A DNA stretch of 64,000 nt from Vulcanimicrobiota bacterium (GTDB lineage Bacteria; Vulcanimicrobiota; Vulcanimicrobiia; Vulcanimicrobiales; Vulcanimicrobiaceae), in NCBI GenBank assembly GCA_963795855.1, contig CAWCIZ010000002.1, positions 1 to 64,000 of the forward strand, read 5' to 3'. The first letter of the stretch is position 1. Every line of letters starts with the position of its first letter. This document shows, in pieces, positions 50,731-61,359 of this stretch. The notes below the pieces were generated by a model. It ran no database searches and was not told the DNA's origin. It saw only the letters and a program-made list of their open reading frames with translations. Position numbers and translations under genes: made by a program.

Positions 50731-52395
50731 ATGCCGGGCCAAGCTGTCCCGATCAGCGAACCGGTCGGCGTGAACCAGCTCGATGGCGCGCTTCGCGAAC
50801 TCGACGCGTCGAAAGACGCGTGGGCGCGCCTGCGAATACCGGAAAAGATCGCGCTGCTCGAGGATTTGAAACGCGCCGTTCACCGGGAGGCTACCCAGTG
50901 GGTCGAACTGGCTTCCCGAGCCAAGGGCTTGGCCCCCGGTTCACCGCTCGAGGGTGAGGAATGGATTTCCGGACCCTGGGCGGTGCTGTATGCCATCAAT
51001 CGCTACCTGCGTACGCTGACGGGCATCCGAACCTTCGGACATTCGCCGGTTCCGAAAGCGCAAGCGCGGCGCGACGGGCGAATCACGGTGAGCGTCTTTC
51101 CGCGCACGCCGTACGACCGTCTGCTGCTGAGCGGGATCTCCGCCGAAGTTTGGATGCAGCCCGGCATAGATGCAGACGATGTCACGCGCGACGCCGCATC
51201 TTTTTACGCGCAAACCCAGCCGCATGGGCGTGTCGCGCTCGTTCTGGGGGCCGGCAACATTGCAAGCATCGCGCCGCTGGACGTGCTCTACAAATTGCTC
51301 GCGGACGGCTGCGTGTGCATGCTCAAAATGAATCCGGTCAATGCCTATCTCGGGCCAATCTTCGAGCGCGCATTCGCCTCGTTCGTCCAAGCCGGATACG
51401 TACGCTTCGCGTACGGCGGTGCCGACGTCGGCCGACATCTTTGCTCGCACGAACTCGTGCGGCAGATTCACGTCACCGGCAGCGCGGCGACCTACAATGC
51501 GATCCTCGCCGGCACGGACCGGCATAAGCGCATTACCAGCGAGCTCGGTAACGTCAGCCCGACGATCGTTCTTCCCGGTCCGTGGAGCGACGACGATCTC
51601 GCGTTTCAGGCAGAGAACATCGCGACGCAAAAAGCGCATAACGCCGGATTCAATTGCATTGCCGCGCAAGTGCTCGTTCTGCCGAAGGCCTGGAAACATT
51701 CGCACGCTCTGCGCGATCGGATTACCGCGATTCTGGATAGCATGGAACAGCGCCCGGAGTATTATCCGGGCGCCGAGCAGCGCCGCGCTGCGCTCGGCGG
51801 TGCGGGCACGCGGCTGCGGAGCATCGCGCACGTCGATCCCGCGCAGACGGACCACGCCGCATTCAAAAGCGAAGCATTCTGTGGCCTCCTGGCTTGCATC
51901 GAACTTCCCGGACAATTCGAAGAGTACGTACGCAGCGCCGTCGCGTTCGCCAACGACCGGCTCTATGGAACGCTCGGCGTAAACCTGATCGCGCACCCGG
52001 AAACGATGAAACGCTGGAGCAGCGCGTGTGACGATGCCATCGCTTCACTGCGCTACGGATGCGTCGGCGTGAACTGCTGGACCGCCGTCGGCTATTTCAT
52101 CACGGAGACGCCCTGGGGCGCATACCCGCGTCACACCGCCGGCGACCCGGGCAGCGGGGTCGGCGTCGTGCACAACTCCTATTTTCTCGCGGCCACGGAA
52201 AAGAGCGTGATCCGCGCGCCGTTTTTTCCGTTTCCGCGCGGGCTGCGCCACAGATCGTTTTCCGTGCTGCCGCGGCCGCCGTGGTTCGTCACGAACCGCA
52301 TGCAGGCGCAAATCGGTCGAGCGCTCTGCGATTTCGAACTCAGTCCCTCACCGGCACTGGCCATCGCGATCGCGCGCTTGGCGATGCGCGGTTAG
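50731..52395 (+). CDS. Aldehyde dehydrogenase family protein
   Basis: LGAGN, KMNPVN, HVTGS, SELGNVSP, NAGFNC, EAFC. Confidence 0.9.
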   Translation: MPGQAVPISEPVGVNQLDGALRELDASKDAWARLRIPEKIALLEDLKRAVHREATQWVELASRAKGLAPGSPLEGEEWISGPWAVLYAINRYLRTLTGIRTFGHSPVPKAQARRDGRITVSVFPRTPYDRLLLSGISAEVWMQPGIDADDVTRDAASFYAQTQPHGRVALVLGAGNIASIAPLDVLYKLLADGCVCMLKMNPVNAYLGPIFERAFASFVQAGYVRFAYGGADVGRHLCSHELVRQIHVTGSAATYNAILAGTDRHKRITSELGNVSPTIVLPGPWSDDDLAFQAENIATQKAHNAGFNCIAAQVLVLPKAWKHSHALRDRITAILDSMEQRPEYYPGAEQRRAALGGAGTRLRSIAHVDPAQTDHAAFKSEAFCGLLACIELPGQFEEYVRSAVAFANDRLYGTLGVNLIAHPETMKRWSSACDDAIASLRYGCVGVNCWTAVGYFITETPWGAYPRHTAGDPGSGVGVVHNSYFLAATEKSVIRAPFFPFPRGLRHRSFSVLPRPPWFVTNRMQAQIGRALCDFELSPSPALAIAIARLAMRG

Positions 52396-52772
52396 GAGCC
52401 GTTCTGCACGGACAGCTCCCAACGGTAGCCGTCGGGATCGTGGAACCATAAGCCCATATGAGGCGAACCGGGCGCCTCCGGACCGATCTCGTCACCGGGG
52501 TCCTCGAGGTCGACGCCGTTATTCTTGAGCGAATCGAGCGCAGCGCGAAGCGTCTGCATGTCTTTGACATGAAAGGAGATGTGATCGATCGCTTCGGGCG
52601 CGGGCGTACCTTGGAACAGTACCATTGTGATCGCGTCGTTCGTCAATCCAACGCCGCCCTCGAACCGAAACATCTCCTGCAGGTCGAAATTGCGAGTCCA
52701 AAACGCCGCGGTGGCATCCGGATCTTTTACCGCGAGGCTGAAATGCCCGACGACACCTAAGTGCACTTTCAC
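52392..52772 (-). CDS. VOC/glyoxalase family protein
   Basis: H.SL.VKD, DHISF, FHDPDGYRWEL. Confidence 0.9.
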   Translation of the reverse strand: MKVHLGVVGHFSLAVKDPDATAAFWTRNFDLQEMFRFEGGVGLTNDAITMVLFQGTPAPEAIDHISFHVKDMQTLRAALDSLKNNGVDLEDPGDEIGPEAPGSPHMGLWFHDPDGYRWELSVQNGS

Positions 52773-53275
52773 GGAGCTGCTTTCTCATAGCGCATCAAAT
52801 CGCGCTTGTACGCGCGGATGATGCGATCGTAACGCATGTCCAACCGGTTCGCAACGGCCACCGACGGCGCATTGAACCGATCGATCAGCGCGTACAACCG
52901 GGCGATCCGCAACTCTCCGAACGCGAAATCGAGCACTCCGCGCGCGGCCTCGGTCGCGAAGCCGCGCCCTTGATAGGCGCTATTGAAAATCCACGCTATC
53001 TCTATGTCGGGCTCGTATCCCGGTATCTGCGTGATGCCGCACTCGCCGATGACGCGGTGATCGGCCTTGTGCACGACGGGCCAAATGCCGTAGCCTTGTT
53101 GCTCGTCCCGCTCGATCATGCGCAGCAAAAGCCGCTGTGTCTGCTCCGCGCTTAGCGGGCCGCAGGGAATGAAGCGCATGGTTTGCGCGTCGCCGTAGAT
53201 CGCGTTCGCATCTTCTAAGTCGCGCGGTACATGCCATTTACGGATCAGCAAGCGCTCCGTTTCGATGAAACTCAC
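52769..53275 (-). CDS. RimJ/RimL-type GNAT acetyltransferase
   Basis: IETERLLIR, YQGRGFATEAA, NAPS. Confidence 0.9.
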   Translation of the reverse strand: MSFIETERLLIRKWHVPRDLEDANAIYGDAQTMRFIPCGPLSAEQTQRLLLRMIERDEQQGYGIWPVVHKADHRVIGECGITQIPGYEPDIEIAWIFNSAYQGRGFATEAARGVLDFAFGELRIARLYALIDRFNAPSVAVANRLDMRYDRIIRAYKRDLMRYEKAAP

Positions 53276-54423
53276 TGCGCGCCGGCAGCTCGCAGCATCT
53301 GCACGACCCGGTCCACGGGAAGGCCATACACCGTTACGCCCCCGCGTCCGCTCATCGTCTTCGCGCTGAACAGCGCGTCGTAGATCGCCCCTTCCGTAGC
53401 TTCTGCGGTGGCGCGATAAAGCGCGTTCAGCGTATCGCTCCGCTCCACGATCGGAATCTTAGGAGCCGCGATATCGAAGTTTCCCGTGCGATCGAAGACG
53501 TAACCGGTGCTGAATGCCAGGAAGAGATCGCCGCTGCCCACGTCGCTCGTCAAGCCGGTGCGCGCCATGCCGAGTGCGGCACGCAGCGCAATCGCACGCA
53601 ACTGACGCGAATCCAAAGGCGCGTCGGTCGCAACGATGATGATGATACTGCCCGAAGCCATGCGCCCGTGCATTGCAACCGGCTTGGGAAACGTCATCTT
53701 GTATTCGTTCTTCAAGCGTTCGCCGACGTGCACGCCGTCGATAGTCAATTGCTCGCGCGTCGAGCCGGTGTTGTCGTTGACGAGCACGCCGACGGTATAA
53801 CCGCCGAGCGACTTCGGCAACACGCGCGATGCGGATCCGATGCCCGCCTTGAATCCGAACGCTTTCATCCCGGTGCCGGCGCCGACGCTGCCTCGCGCGA
53901 ACTGTCCCGGTTTCGCGGAGTCGAGCATCTGCACGACGTCGTGTGCGGTGACGGGGCGAGCTTGAATGTCCGTGAGCAATTGATCGTCGCACTCTGCGAC
54001 GACGGGAAGCGGCACGTCGTCGCGCACGCCGATCTGCGGATGTTTTTCGATTTGCCAACTCACCACGCCGTCGTCGGCGCGCCCGATGTCGAGCGTGTCC
54101 GTAAGCACGATCGGTTCTTCCAGATAACCCGCTTCGTTGACCCAATGCGTTCCGGTCATCTCGCCGTTGCCGTTGAACGGCACCGCCGCAGCGGAAACTT
54201 TTCGGTTCCAAGGGTCCGCATTCGGCAATATCGCCGTGGCGCCGGTGCGAATGTCTCGGCCCTCGACTTTTGTCAGATGTGCGACGAGAACGCCTGGAAC
54301 GTCCGTAATGCCGTCGAGCGGCCCGGCGGCGAACGATCCGAACCGGAAGGGTATAGCCGCAGAAGCGGCTGCACTCGCGGCGAGCACCATGGTACAGACA
54401 AGTGCGATGATCACGCGTCCCAT
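53272..54423 (-). CDS. DmpA-like P1/S58 aminopeptidase, exported
   Basis: ITDVPGVLVAH, NGNGEMTG, GSVGAGTG, FKAGIGSASR, G|SIIIIVATDAP. Confidence 0.9.
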   Translation of the reverse strand: MGRVIIALVCTMVLAASAAASAAIPFRFGSFAAGPLDGITDVPGVLVAHLTKVEGRDIRTGATAILPNADPWNRKVSAAAVPFNGNGEMTGTHWVNEAGYLEEPIVLTDTLDIGRADDGVVSWQIEKHPQIGVRDDVPLPVVAECDDQLLTDIQARPVTAHDVVQMLDSAKPGQFARGSVGAGTGMKAFGFKAGIGSASRVLPKSLGGYTVGVLVNDNTGSTREQLTIDGVHVGERLKNEYKMTFPKPVAMHGRMASGSIIIIVATDAPLDSRQLRAIALRAALGMARTGLTSDVGSGDLFLAFSTGYVFDRTGNFDIAAPKIPIVERSDTLNALYRATAEATEGAIYDALFSAKTMSGRGGVTVYGLPVDRVVQMLRAAGAQ

Positions 54424-54516
54424 GGCGCAGGAGATTAGGCCTATCGGCCGCACCGGCCCTGCAGGCTCGCTCTAGCGCCCTACCTAAGTCCCGATCTTTA
54501 CTACCATAGAGGGAGT

Positions 54517-56088
54517 ATGGCCATACTGACGGTTCCCGAGAAGTTCAAAGCCGCGCACGTGTACGAGAATCTCTCGATCGCGGAGCTCGTCGAACACGCG
54601 CTTCGCCGCGGCGAAGGCGCTCTGGGAAACGACGGTCAGCTCATCGTCGACACGCGCCCCCACACGGGCCGATCGCCGAAGGACAAATTCTTCGTCAAAG
54701 AACCTTCGAGCGAAACCCACATCGATTGGGGCGAAACGAACCGCCCGATTAGCCCGGACGTTTTCGATGCGCTTTGGGAACGCGTCGGCGCGTATCTTTC
54801 CGAACGCGAGGTCTACTCGCTGGATTGTTACGTCGGGGCCGACGAACGCTATCGGCTACCCGTGCGCGTCGTGACGGAGTTCGCGTGGCACAACCTATTC
54901 GCGCGCGACCTTTTCATCGTTCCCGACAACGTGCCGAAGGATTTCATCCCCGAGTTCACCGTCGTCGACGCCGCGCTGTTTCAAGCCGATCCGCAGCGTG
55001 ACGGAACGAACTCATCGACGTTCGTCCTGGTCAACTTCGCCAAGCGTATGATTCTAATTGGCGGGACCCGGTATGCGGGTGAGATCAAGAAGTCGGTATT
55101 CACGGTCATGAACTACCTGCTTCCGCTGCGGCAAACATTGCCGATGCATTGCTCGGCCAACGTCGGCGCCGACGACGGCGTCGCGATCTTTTTCGGCTTG
55201 TCGGGTACCGGCAAGACGACGCTTTCGGCAGATGGTCACCGCCCGCTCATTGGAGATGACGAGCACGGATGGTCGGCGGACGGCGTGTTCAATTTCGAAG
55301 GCGGGTGCTACGCAAAGGTTATTCGCCTCTCACAGAAAGCCGAACCGGAGATTTGGGCGGCGTCGCACCGATTCGGAGCGGTGCTCGAAAACGTCGTGTA
55401 CGACCCTCGTACGCGCCTGCTCGACTTGGACTCCGACGAGAAGACCGAAAACACCCGCTCCGCTTATCCGATCGAATTCATTCCGAATATCGTCCCCGGC
55501 AGCAAAGGCGGCCATCCGAATACGATCGTCATGCTGACGGCCGATGCGTTCGGCGTGCTTCCGCCCATCGCGAAGCTCACCAAAGAGCAGGCGATGTACC
55601 ATTTCCTATCCGGCTACACGGCGAAAGTAGCGGGAACGGAGCGCGGCGTCACGGAACCGCAGGCGACGTTTTCCACGTGTTTCGGTGCTCCGTTCATGGT
55701 GCATCATCCGACCGTGTATTCGCGCCTGCTCGGCGAGCGCATCGACAAACACGGCGTGCAGTGCTGGCTCGTAAATACCGGCTGGAGCGGCGGCCCGTAC
55801 GGTGTCGGCAAACGAATGGCGATCGGTTACACGCGTGCGATGGTGAATGCCGCGATCGAAGGATCGCTTGCAAACGTCCGGTTCGAAACCGAGCCTTTTT
55901 TCGGCTTGTCAATCCCGCTCGCCGTTCCGGGCGTGCCGGCAGAGGTGCTCAACCCGCGAAACATGTGGCTGGATGCCGCTGCCTACGACGCGCAAGCCAA
56001 GAAACTTGCGCTATTGTTCGCCAAGAATTTCGAAAAGTTCGAACGGCACGCCCTTCCCGGCGTACGCGCAGCCGCAGTCAAGCCGTAA
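54517..56088 (+). CDS. pckA: PEP carboxykinase (ATP)
   Basis: [43 protein letters not shown]. Confidence 0.97.
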   Translation: MAILTVPEKFKAAHVYENLSIAELVEHALRRGEGALGNDGQLIVDTRPHTGRSPKDKFFVKEPSSETHIDWGETNRPISPDVFDALWERVGAYLSEREVYSLDCYVGADERYRLPVRVVTEFAWHNLFARDLFIVPDNVPKDFIPEFTVVDAALFQADPQRDGTNSSTFVLVNFAKRMILIGGTRYAGEIKKSVFTVMNYLLPLRQTLPMHCSANVGADDGVAIFFGLSGTGKTTLSADGHRPLIGDDEHGWSADGVFNFEGGCYAKVIRLSQKAEPEIWAASHRFGAVLENVVYDPRTRLLDLDSDEKTENTRSAYPIEFIPNIVPGSKGGHPNTIVMLTADAFGVLPPIAKLTKEQAMYHFLSGYTAKVAGTERGVTEPQATFSTCFGAPFMVHHPTVYSRLLGERIDKHGVQCWLVNTGWSGGPYGVGKRMAIGYTRAMVNAAIEGSLANVRFETEPFFGLSIPLAVPGVPAEVLNPRNMWLDAAAYDAQAKKLALLFAKNFEKFERHALPGVRAAAVKP

Positions 56089-56103
56089 GCGCAAGCGCGC
56101 GGA

Positions 56104-56559
56104 TCATCGGCCCGTATACGCGGACGGCGATGGCGATCCGATGCCGACGGCTTTGAAGAGAATTCGCTTCGCGCGACGCCCGTCGAATTCTCCGTAGTGC
56201 ACGCGCTCCCACGTGCCGAGATCTAGTTTACCGCCGGTCACCGGAACGATCACCTGATGACCGAGAAGCATGCGTTTGAGATGCGCATCCGCGTTGTCCT
56301 CGCCGGTGAGATGGTGCTTATACCCGGGCTTTCGCGGCGCGAGTTCTTCGAGCCACGCCATGATGTCTTCCCAAAGCCCGGACTCGTGATCGTTGACGAA
56401 GATACTGGCCGTGATGTGCATCGTGCTCACCAGTACGAAACCGTCGAACAACCCCGCCTTCTTGCGTACCTCTTCAACGCGATCGGTGATGTCGAGGATT
56501 TCGTACCGCTTCCTCGTCGTGATGGTCTGGTGCTCCGTAAAAGCAATCGGATCTTTCAT
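56104..56559 (-). CDS. yjbQ: YjbQ/UPF0047 family protein
   Basis: H.TAS, NADAHLK, LDLGTWE...EFDG. Confidence 0.9.
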   Translation of the reverse strand: MKDPIAFTEHQTITTRKRYEILDITDRVEEVRKKAGLFDGFVLVSTMHITASIFVNDHESGLWEDIMAWLEELAPRKPGYKHHLTGEDNADAHLKRMLLGHQVIVPVTGGKLDLGTWERVHYGEFDGRRAKRILFKAVGIGSPSPSAYTGR

Positions 56560-56633
56560 GTGATTCTAAGCATACTCCCTGCCGCGGATGCGTTAGAGTG
56601 TAAACACCTTATTTCCAGGAGTTGAACCATCCA

Positions 56634-57047
56634 GTGAAGACCCTTCGTTCTCTTCTTCTTCCCGCGGCACTGAGCGTTGCGCTCGTCGCGCCGCTCGCGG
56701 CGTTCGCGCAGCAGGCTGCCCCGGCCCCTGCGGCAGGAGCCGCGCAAAGCGGCCATCACCATGGCCGCCACGGCTTCATGCGCATGCTGCACGGCGTCAC
56801 GCTCAGCGATCAGCAGAAAACGCAAATCAAGCAAATCGTTCAGCGATTCCGTCAGGCGCATCCGCGCGGAAGCCGCCCCGGCGTTCAAGCGCGTCAGCAA
56901 ATGCGCACGCAGATCATGAACGTCCTCACCCCTGAGCAGCGTACGCAGGTTCAGCAAAACATCCAACAGATGCGTGCTCGGCACCGGCACGATGCCGGCG
57001 GGTCCGCCCAGCCCACTCCCCGCCCGTCCCAGCCTCCCATCAAGTAA
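56634..57047 (+). CDS. Spy/CpxP (LTXXQ) periplasmic chaperone-like protein
   Basis: Signal peptide; LSDQQK and VLTPEQR motifs. Confidence 0.82.
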   Translation: MKTLRSLLLPAALSVALVAPLAAFAQQAAPAPAAGAAQSGHHHGRHGFMRMLHGVTLSDQQKTQIKQIVQRFRQAHPRGSRPGVQARQQMRTQIMNVLTPEQRTQVQQNIQQMRARHRHDAGGSAQPTPRPSQPPIK

Positions 57048-57059
57048 TGCGGCGCGGAG

Positions 57060-57518
57060 TTATCGCAAACAGATAGCTCCGCTCTCTTCGATCTCGAGTT
57101 GCAGCGCGCGCAGGGACGCCACGGGGCGCACGTCGCCGAATTGGAACGCGAACTCGCGGCCCTTCGACACCGCAATCACCGTCATGCCCGCGGCCACGCC
57201 GGCCGCGATGCCTTGGCGGCTGTCTTCCACGACCAGACATTTTTCGGGAGCAACCCCGACGCGTTCCGCGGCCAGCCGGTAGCAGTCCGGTGCCGGCTTG
57301 TTTCGCTCGACGTCGTCCGCTGAAACCAACACGCCGGGCTTCGGCAGTCCCGCCTCGGTCAATAACGCCATCGCAAGACCGGTAGGGCACGACGTCACGA
57401 CGGCCCACCGGCACGCCGGAAGTTGCTCAAGCAGTTCGCGAGCGCCGTCGATGGCTTTCGCCCGCTCGGTGACGAGCGTTCCGAAGAGGTCGAACAGCAC
57501 CGCATCAAAGCGCTCCAC
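57060..57518 (-). CDS. Short HAD-IA hydrolase (YfbT-like, capless)
   Basis: FDLFGTLV, WAVVTS, KPAPD, VEDS..GI.AG..AGM. Confidence 0.8.
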   Translation of the reverse strand: MERFDAVLFDLFGTLVTERAKAIDGARELLEQLPACRWAVVTSCPTGLAMALLTEAGLPKPGVLVSADDVERNKPAPDCYRLAAERVGVAPEKCLVVEDSRQGIAAGVAAGMTVIAVSKGREFAFQFGDVRPVASLRALQLEIEESGAICLR

Positions 57519-57569
57519 GTTCGCCTCTTCGCGGATGAGTTGCGCGCTCTTCTCGCGTACTTGCGCCAG

Positions 57570-58817
57570 ATGAGGAGCGGAGACACTCTTGCAATTCTGG
57601 TCGGAGGCGGCCCGGCACCCGGCATCAACGGCGTCATCGCGTCCGCGGCAATCGAAGCAATCAACAACGGCTTGCGCGTTGTCGGGATCTACGACGGCTA
57701 CTATCATCTTGCAAAAGGCGATCCGTCGCACACTATCGAGCTCGGGCTGGACGACGTCTCCACGATTCACTCGACGGGCGGCTCGATTTTGCGGACGTCG
57801 CGCACCAATCCGGCAAAAGATCGAGCGACGCTCGATTCGTGCGTTCGCGCACTGACGGAAATGGGCGCGCGGTACCTCATCGCGATTGGCGGCGACGATA
57901 CGACGTACGGTGCGACTCGAATTGCAGAACTGGCCGAGGGACGGATCGGCGTGGCAACCATCCCGAAAACGATCGACAACGACCTGCCGCTTCCGGACGA
58001 CGCGCCGACGTTCGGTTTTGAAACGGCGCGCTCGGTTGCAACCGGAATCGTCGAATCGCTGATGGTCGACGCCCGCACGACGAGCCGCTGGTATCTCGTG
58101 ATCAGCATGGGACGCAAATCCGGCTCTCTTGCGCTGGGTATGTGCAGAGCCGCCGGCGCGCACCTGGCGGTCATTCCGGAAGAGTTCCCGGGCGACGAAG
58201 TGGATCTGGAGGCGGTCGTGGATACAATCGCGGGCGCGATCGTGAAGCGGCGAGCCGAGGGCCATCCGAATGGGGTCGCGGTCATCGCCGAAGGAATTAC
58301 CGAACACCTCTCCCAGAAGCAGCTTGCGGCGTTTGAAAACGTTCCGCGCGACGCGTACGGCCATATTCGGCTGGCGGACGTTCCTTTGGGCGCAATCTTA
58401 CGCGATGCCGTGCGCACGCGCCTAGCCGGCATGGGCGTCGATGCAACGGTCGTTACGAAAGACATCGGTTACGAACTGCGGTGCGCGAAACCGGTTCCTT
58501 TCGACGTCGAATACACGCGCGCGCTCGGTTATGGCGCCGTACGGTATTTGCTCGACGGCGGCAGCGGCGCGCTGATCGCCGTGTCCGGCGGGCGAGTACG
58601 TCCGGTTAAACTTGCGGAGTTGCAAGATCCGAGCACCGGACGAGTTCGGGTGCGCATGGTCGACGTCACGAGCGAATCGTATCGCGTCGCACGCGCGTAC
58701 ATGACGCGGTTGGAACCGCCGGATTTCGAGGAGCCGGATCTTACAAGACTGGCTGCTCAGACGAATCTTTCCGCCGCGGACTTTCGAAAGCGTTTCGCCG
58801 ATGCGGTGCTTGCATAA
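57570..58817 (+). CDS. pfp: Pyrophosphate-dependent phosphofructokinase
   Basis: GGGPAPGIN, GGDDT (PPi-type Asp), PKTIDND, MGR, GYELR. Confidence 0.9.
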   Translation: MRSGDTLAILVGGGPAPGINGVIASAAIEAINNGLRVVGIYDGYYHLAKGDPSHTIELGLDDVSTIHSTGGSILRTSRTNPAKDRATLDSCVRALTEMGARYLIAIGGDDTTYGATRIAELAEGRIGVATIPKTIDNDLPLPDDAPTFGFETARSVATGIVESLMVDARTTSRWYLVISMGRKSGSLALGMCRAAGAHLAVIPEEFPGDEVDLEAVVDTIAGAIVKRRAEGHPNGVAVIAEGITEHLSQKQLAAFENVPRDAYGHIRLADVPLGAILRDAVRTRLAGMGVDATVVTKDIGYELRCAKPVPFDVEYTRALGYGAVRYLLDGGSGALIAVSGGRVRPVKLAELQDPSTGRVRVRMVDVTSESYRVARAYMTRLEPPDFEEPDLTRLAAQTNLSAADFRKRFADAVLA

Positions 58818-60093
58818 AGCACTTGGCGCGCTGTGCGCTTCGCTCTCGCCGGCAATCCTGGCGCTGAGTGCATGTGGGGGCGCGGGCGGCTCGGCAACAG
58901 GCGCTCCGAGCGTTGCGCCTTCCGCCGCCGGCCCCGCGCCGCAAAGCTGCGCGGCAAGCGGCACGCCCGCGCCGACTCCAACACCGGCAGGGCCGTCACC
59001 GCAGCCCGCGCCCGGCCTCACCGTCCCTGCGGGATTCACCATCGACATCATCGGTCGCGTCAACGGTGCGCGAGAACTTGCCGCAGCGCCAAACGGCGAT
59101 TTGTTCGTCGGAACGAATGGCTCCAGTATTTACCTGATTCGCAATGCCGAAGGGCAAGCCGCAAACCCCGCCGTTTTTGCCGGCATGGGAGATTCGCCGG
59201 CCGCCGGTGTCGCGCTGTCGGTGTCGCCGCCGAACTGCGCCCTCTACGTCGGTACGCAATTCGGCGTCTACCGCATTCCGTACGTCATCGGCGACACGAC
59301 CGCGCGCGCGACGCCGCAAAAAATCGCGGAAGTGCGGCCTGGCGGCTCGAGCGATCACTCCACGACGTCGGTTGCGATTGCGAACGGCGCATTATATGCA
59401 AGCGTCGGATCCTCGTGCAACGCATGCGCTGAAACCGACCCCACACGAGCGACGATTCAACAATTCCGCTTAGACGGTACGGGTGCCGGCGCAAAAGCCG
59501 TCCACATTCGCAACGCGATTGCGCTTGCCGTGAATCCTGCGACGCAGACATTGTGGACGGGCGACGCTGGACAGGACGACCTTCCCTTCGGTCATCCGTA
59601 CGAGTTCTTCGATGCGGTAACGCTTCACACGGGAACTGCAAATTACGGATGGCCCGATTGCGAAGAAAACCATCACGCGTATACGCTCGGCGCGAACTGC
59701 ACTTCCGTCGTCATTCCGTTGGTTGCGCTTCCGGCATATGAAACGCCGATCGGTGCGGTGTTCTATCCAACGAATCAAACGGGTCCGTACGCGTTTACCT
59801 CGCACTATCGCGGCGGCGCGTTCATTGCCATGCATGGTTCGTGGCATACGGGCTCCGGCGGCGCGTACGCCGCCGCTCCGCTGGTTGCGTTCGTTGCAAT
59901 GACCGGCGACACGCCGCAGACTCCCGTGAACTGGAGCGATCCGGCCGCACAGTGGACGGCGTTCGTAAGCGGCTTTCAAACGCCGGACGGCACGACTCGC
60001 ATAGGGAGACCCACGGGGCTGGCGGTTGGTCCGAGCGGAAGTTTATTCGTGGCGGACGACCAAACCGGGAACATCTACCGTATCCGGCCATGA
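58801..60093 (+). CDS. Sorbosone/sugar dehydrogenase-like beta-propeller lipoprotein
   Basis: Lipobox LSAC, SVGSSCNAC, IRNA, YGWP, HGSW, GRPTGL. Confidence 0.85.
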   Translation: MRCLHKALGALCASLSPAILALSACGGAGGSATGAPSVAPSAAGPAPQSCAASGTPAPTPTPAGPSPQPAPGLTVPAGFTIDIIGRVNGARELAAAPNGDLFVGTNGSSIYLIRNAEGQAANPAVFAGMGDSPAAGVALSVSPPNCALYVGTQFGVYRIPYVIGDTTARATPQKIAEVRPGGSSDHSTTSVAIANGALYASVGSSCNACAETDPTRATIQQFRLDGTGAGAKAVHIRNAIALAVNPATQTLWTGDAGQDDLPFGHPYEFFDAVTLHTGTANYGWPDCEENHHAYTLGANCTSVVIPLVALPAYETPIGAVFYPTNQTGPYAFTSHYRGGAFIAMHGSWHTGSGGAYAAAPLVAFVAMTGDTPQTPVNWSDPAAQWTAFVSGFQTPDGTTRIGRPTGLAVGPSGSLFVADDQTGNIYRIRP

Positions 60094-61178
60094 TGATCAT
60101 TCCACCCGGCTTCACCGCCGCACAAATCGCTACCGTGCCCGATGCGCGGGAATTGGCGCTCTCCCCGTCCGGCGATCTCTACGTTGGAACGAGCGGAGCG
60201 AACGTGTACGTCGTACGCCGCGCCGAAGACGGCGTTCCGGATTCGGCGCGCGTGTACGTAACGATTGACGATGCCCCAACCGCAGGCGTCGCTTACGGAA
60301 ACGGAACGTTGTACGTAGGTTCGGAACACGGCGTGTGGCGCGTGCAAAACGGTCATGCGGTCAAACTTGCGTCCGTTCGCAGCGGCAGCCCGCCGGCCGG
60401 AAGCGACGGCGACGTCCACGTGACGACATCCGTCGCGATTGACGGCACCACCCTGTATGCGAGCGTCGGATCCTCGTGCAACGAGTGCGTCGAAACGGAC
60501 CCGACTCGCGCTACCGTCGGCAAGATCGAAGGTGGGCGTTACGTCCCCATTGCGAAGCGTATTCGCAACGCAATCGCACTTGCGATCGATCCGGCGACGC
60601 ATGCGCTGTGGGCGTCTGACGCCGGGCAAGACGAATTACCGCCCGCACATCCGTTTGAATTTTTCGATGACGTCAGCTCGCGCGCGCAAGAAGTCGACTA
60701 CGGCTGGCCCTACTGTTACGAAAATCACCGTCATAAACCCGGTACGAGTGAGAATTGCGCGAACGTCGCCGTTCCCGATGTCGTGTTTCCCGCTTACGAA
60801 ACGCCTATCGGCGCGGTGTTCTATCACCCGAACGCGCATGCACGCTATGCATTTCCGGCGCGCTATTTTGGCGGAGCGTTCGTGACGTTGCACGGCTCGT
60901 GGCATGGCCCCGCACAAGGTTTGTCCGGATACGTCGCGCCGCGGGTGGTGTTCGTCCCCATGCGAAACGGAAAGCCGGCAACCCCCGTGGATTGGAACGA
61001 TCCCTCGAAGCAGTGGACCCTCTTCGCCGGGGGCTACCAAGTCGGCGGGAGCATGCAGCGTACCGGCCGGCCGACAGGGATTGCCGTCGGACCGCAAGGC
61101 GATCTCTTCATCGCTGACGGCCAAACGGGCGCGATCTATCGCATCCGCTCAAAGCGGGTACCAGGAACGCATGGCTGA
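60090..61178 (+). CDS. Tandem paralog of the sugar dehydrogenase, no signal peptide
   Basis: ATGA overlap; same motifs SVGSSCNEC, HGSW, GRPTGI. Confidence 0.85.
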   Translation: MMIIPPGFTAAQIATVPDARELALSPSGDLYVGTSGANVYVVRRAEDGVPDSARVYVTIDDAPTAGVAYGNGTLYVGSEHGVWRVQNGHAVKLASVRSGSPPAGSDGDVHVTTSVAIDGTTLYASVGSSCNECVETDPTRATVGKIEGGRYVPIAKRIRNAIALAIDPATHALWASDAGQDELPPAHPFEFFDDVSSRAQEVDYGWPYCYENHRHKPGTSENCANVAVPDVVFPAYETPIGAVFYHPNAHARYAFPARYFGGAFVTLHGSWHGPAQGLSGYVAPRVVFVPMRNGKPATPVDWNDPSKQWTLFAGGYQVGGSMQRTGRPTGIAVGPQGDLFIADGQTGAIYRIRSKRVPGTHG

Positions 61179-61359
61179 GATTTTCGGAAAAGGCGGTGAG
61201 AGCGTCACCGTAAGCGGATACTACGAATGTTCCGATTGCGGACATCGAGAGAAATTCGAACGCGGCGCGACGTTCCCGCCGAACCATCACCAAGACAAGC
61301 CGTGGACGCTCTATCAAGCGACTGAGGAGCTTCCGGCGCAGCAGACGTCTAAGAGCTGA
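61171..61359 (+). CDS. Small zinc-ribbon/YjzC-like protein
   Basis: GE...SGYYECSDCG......G.TFPP....W. Confidence 0.7.
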   Translation: MAEIFGKGGESVTVSGYYECSDCGHREKFERGATFPPNHHQDKPWTLYQATEELPAQQTSKS

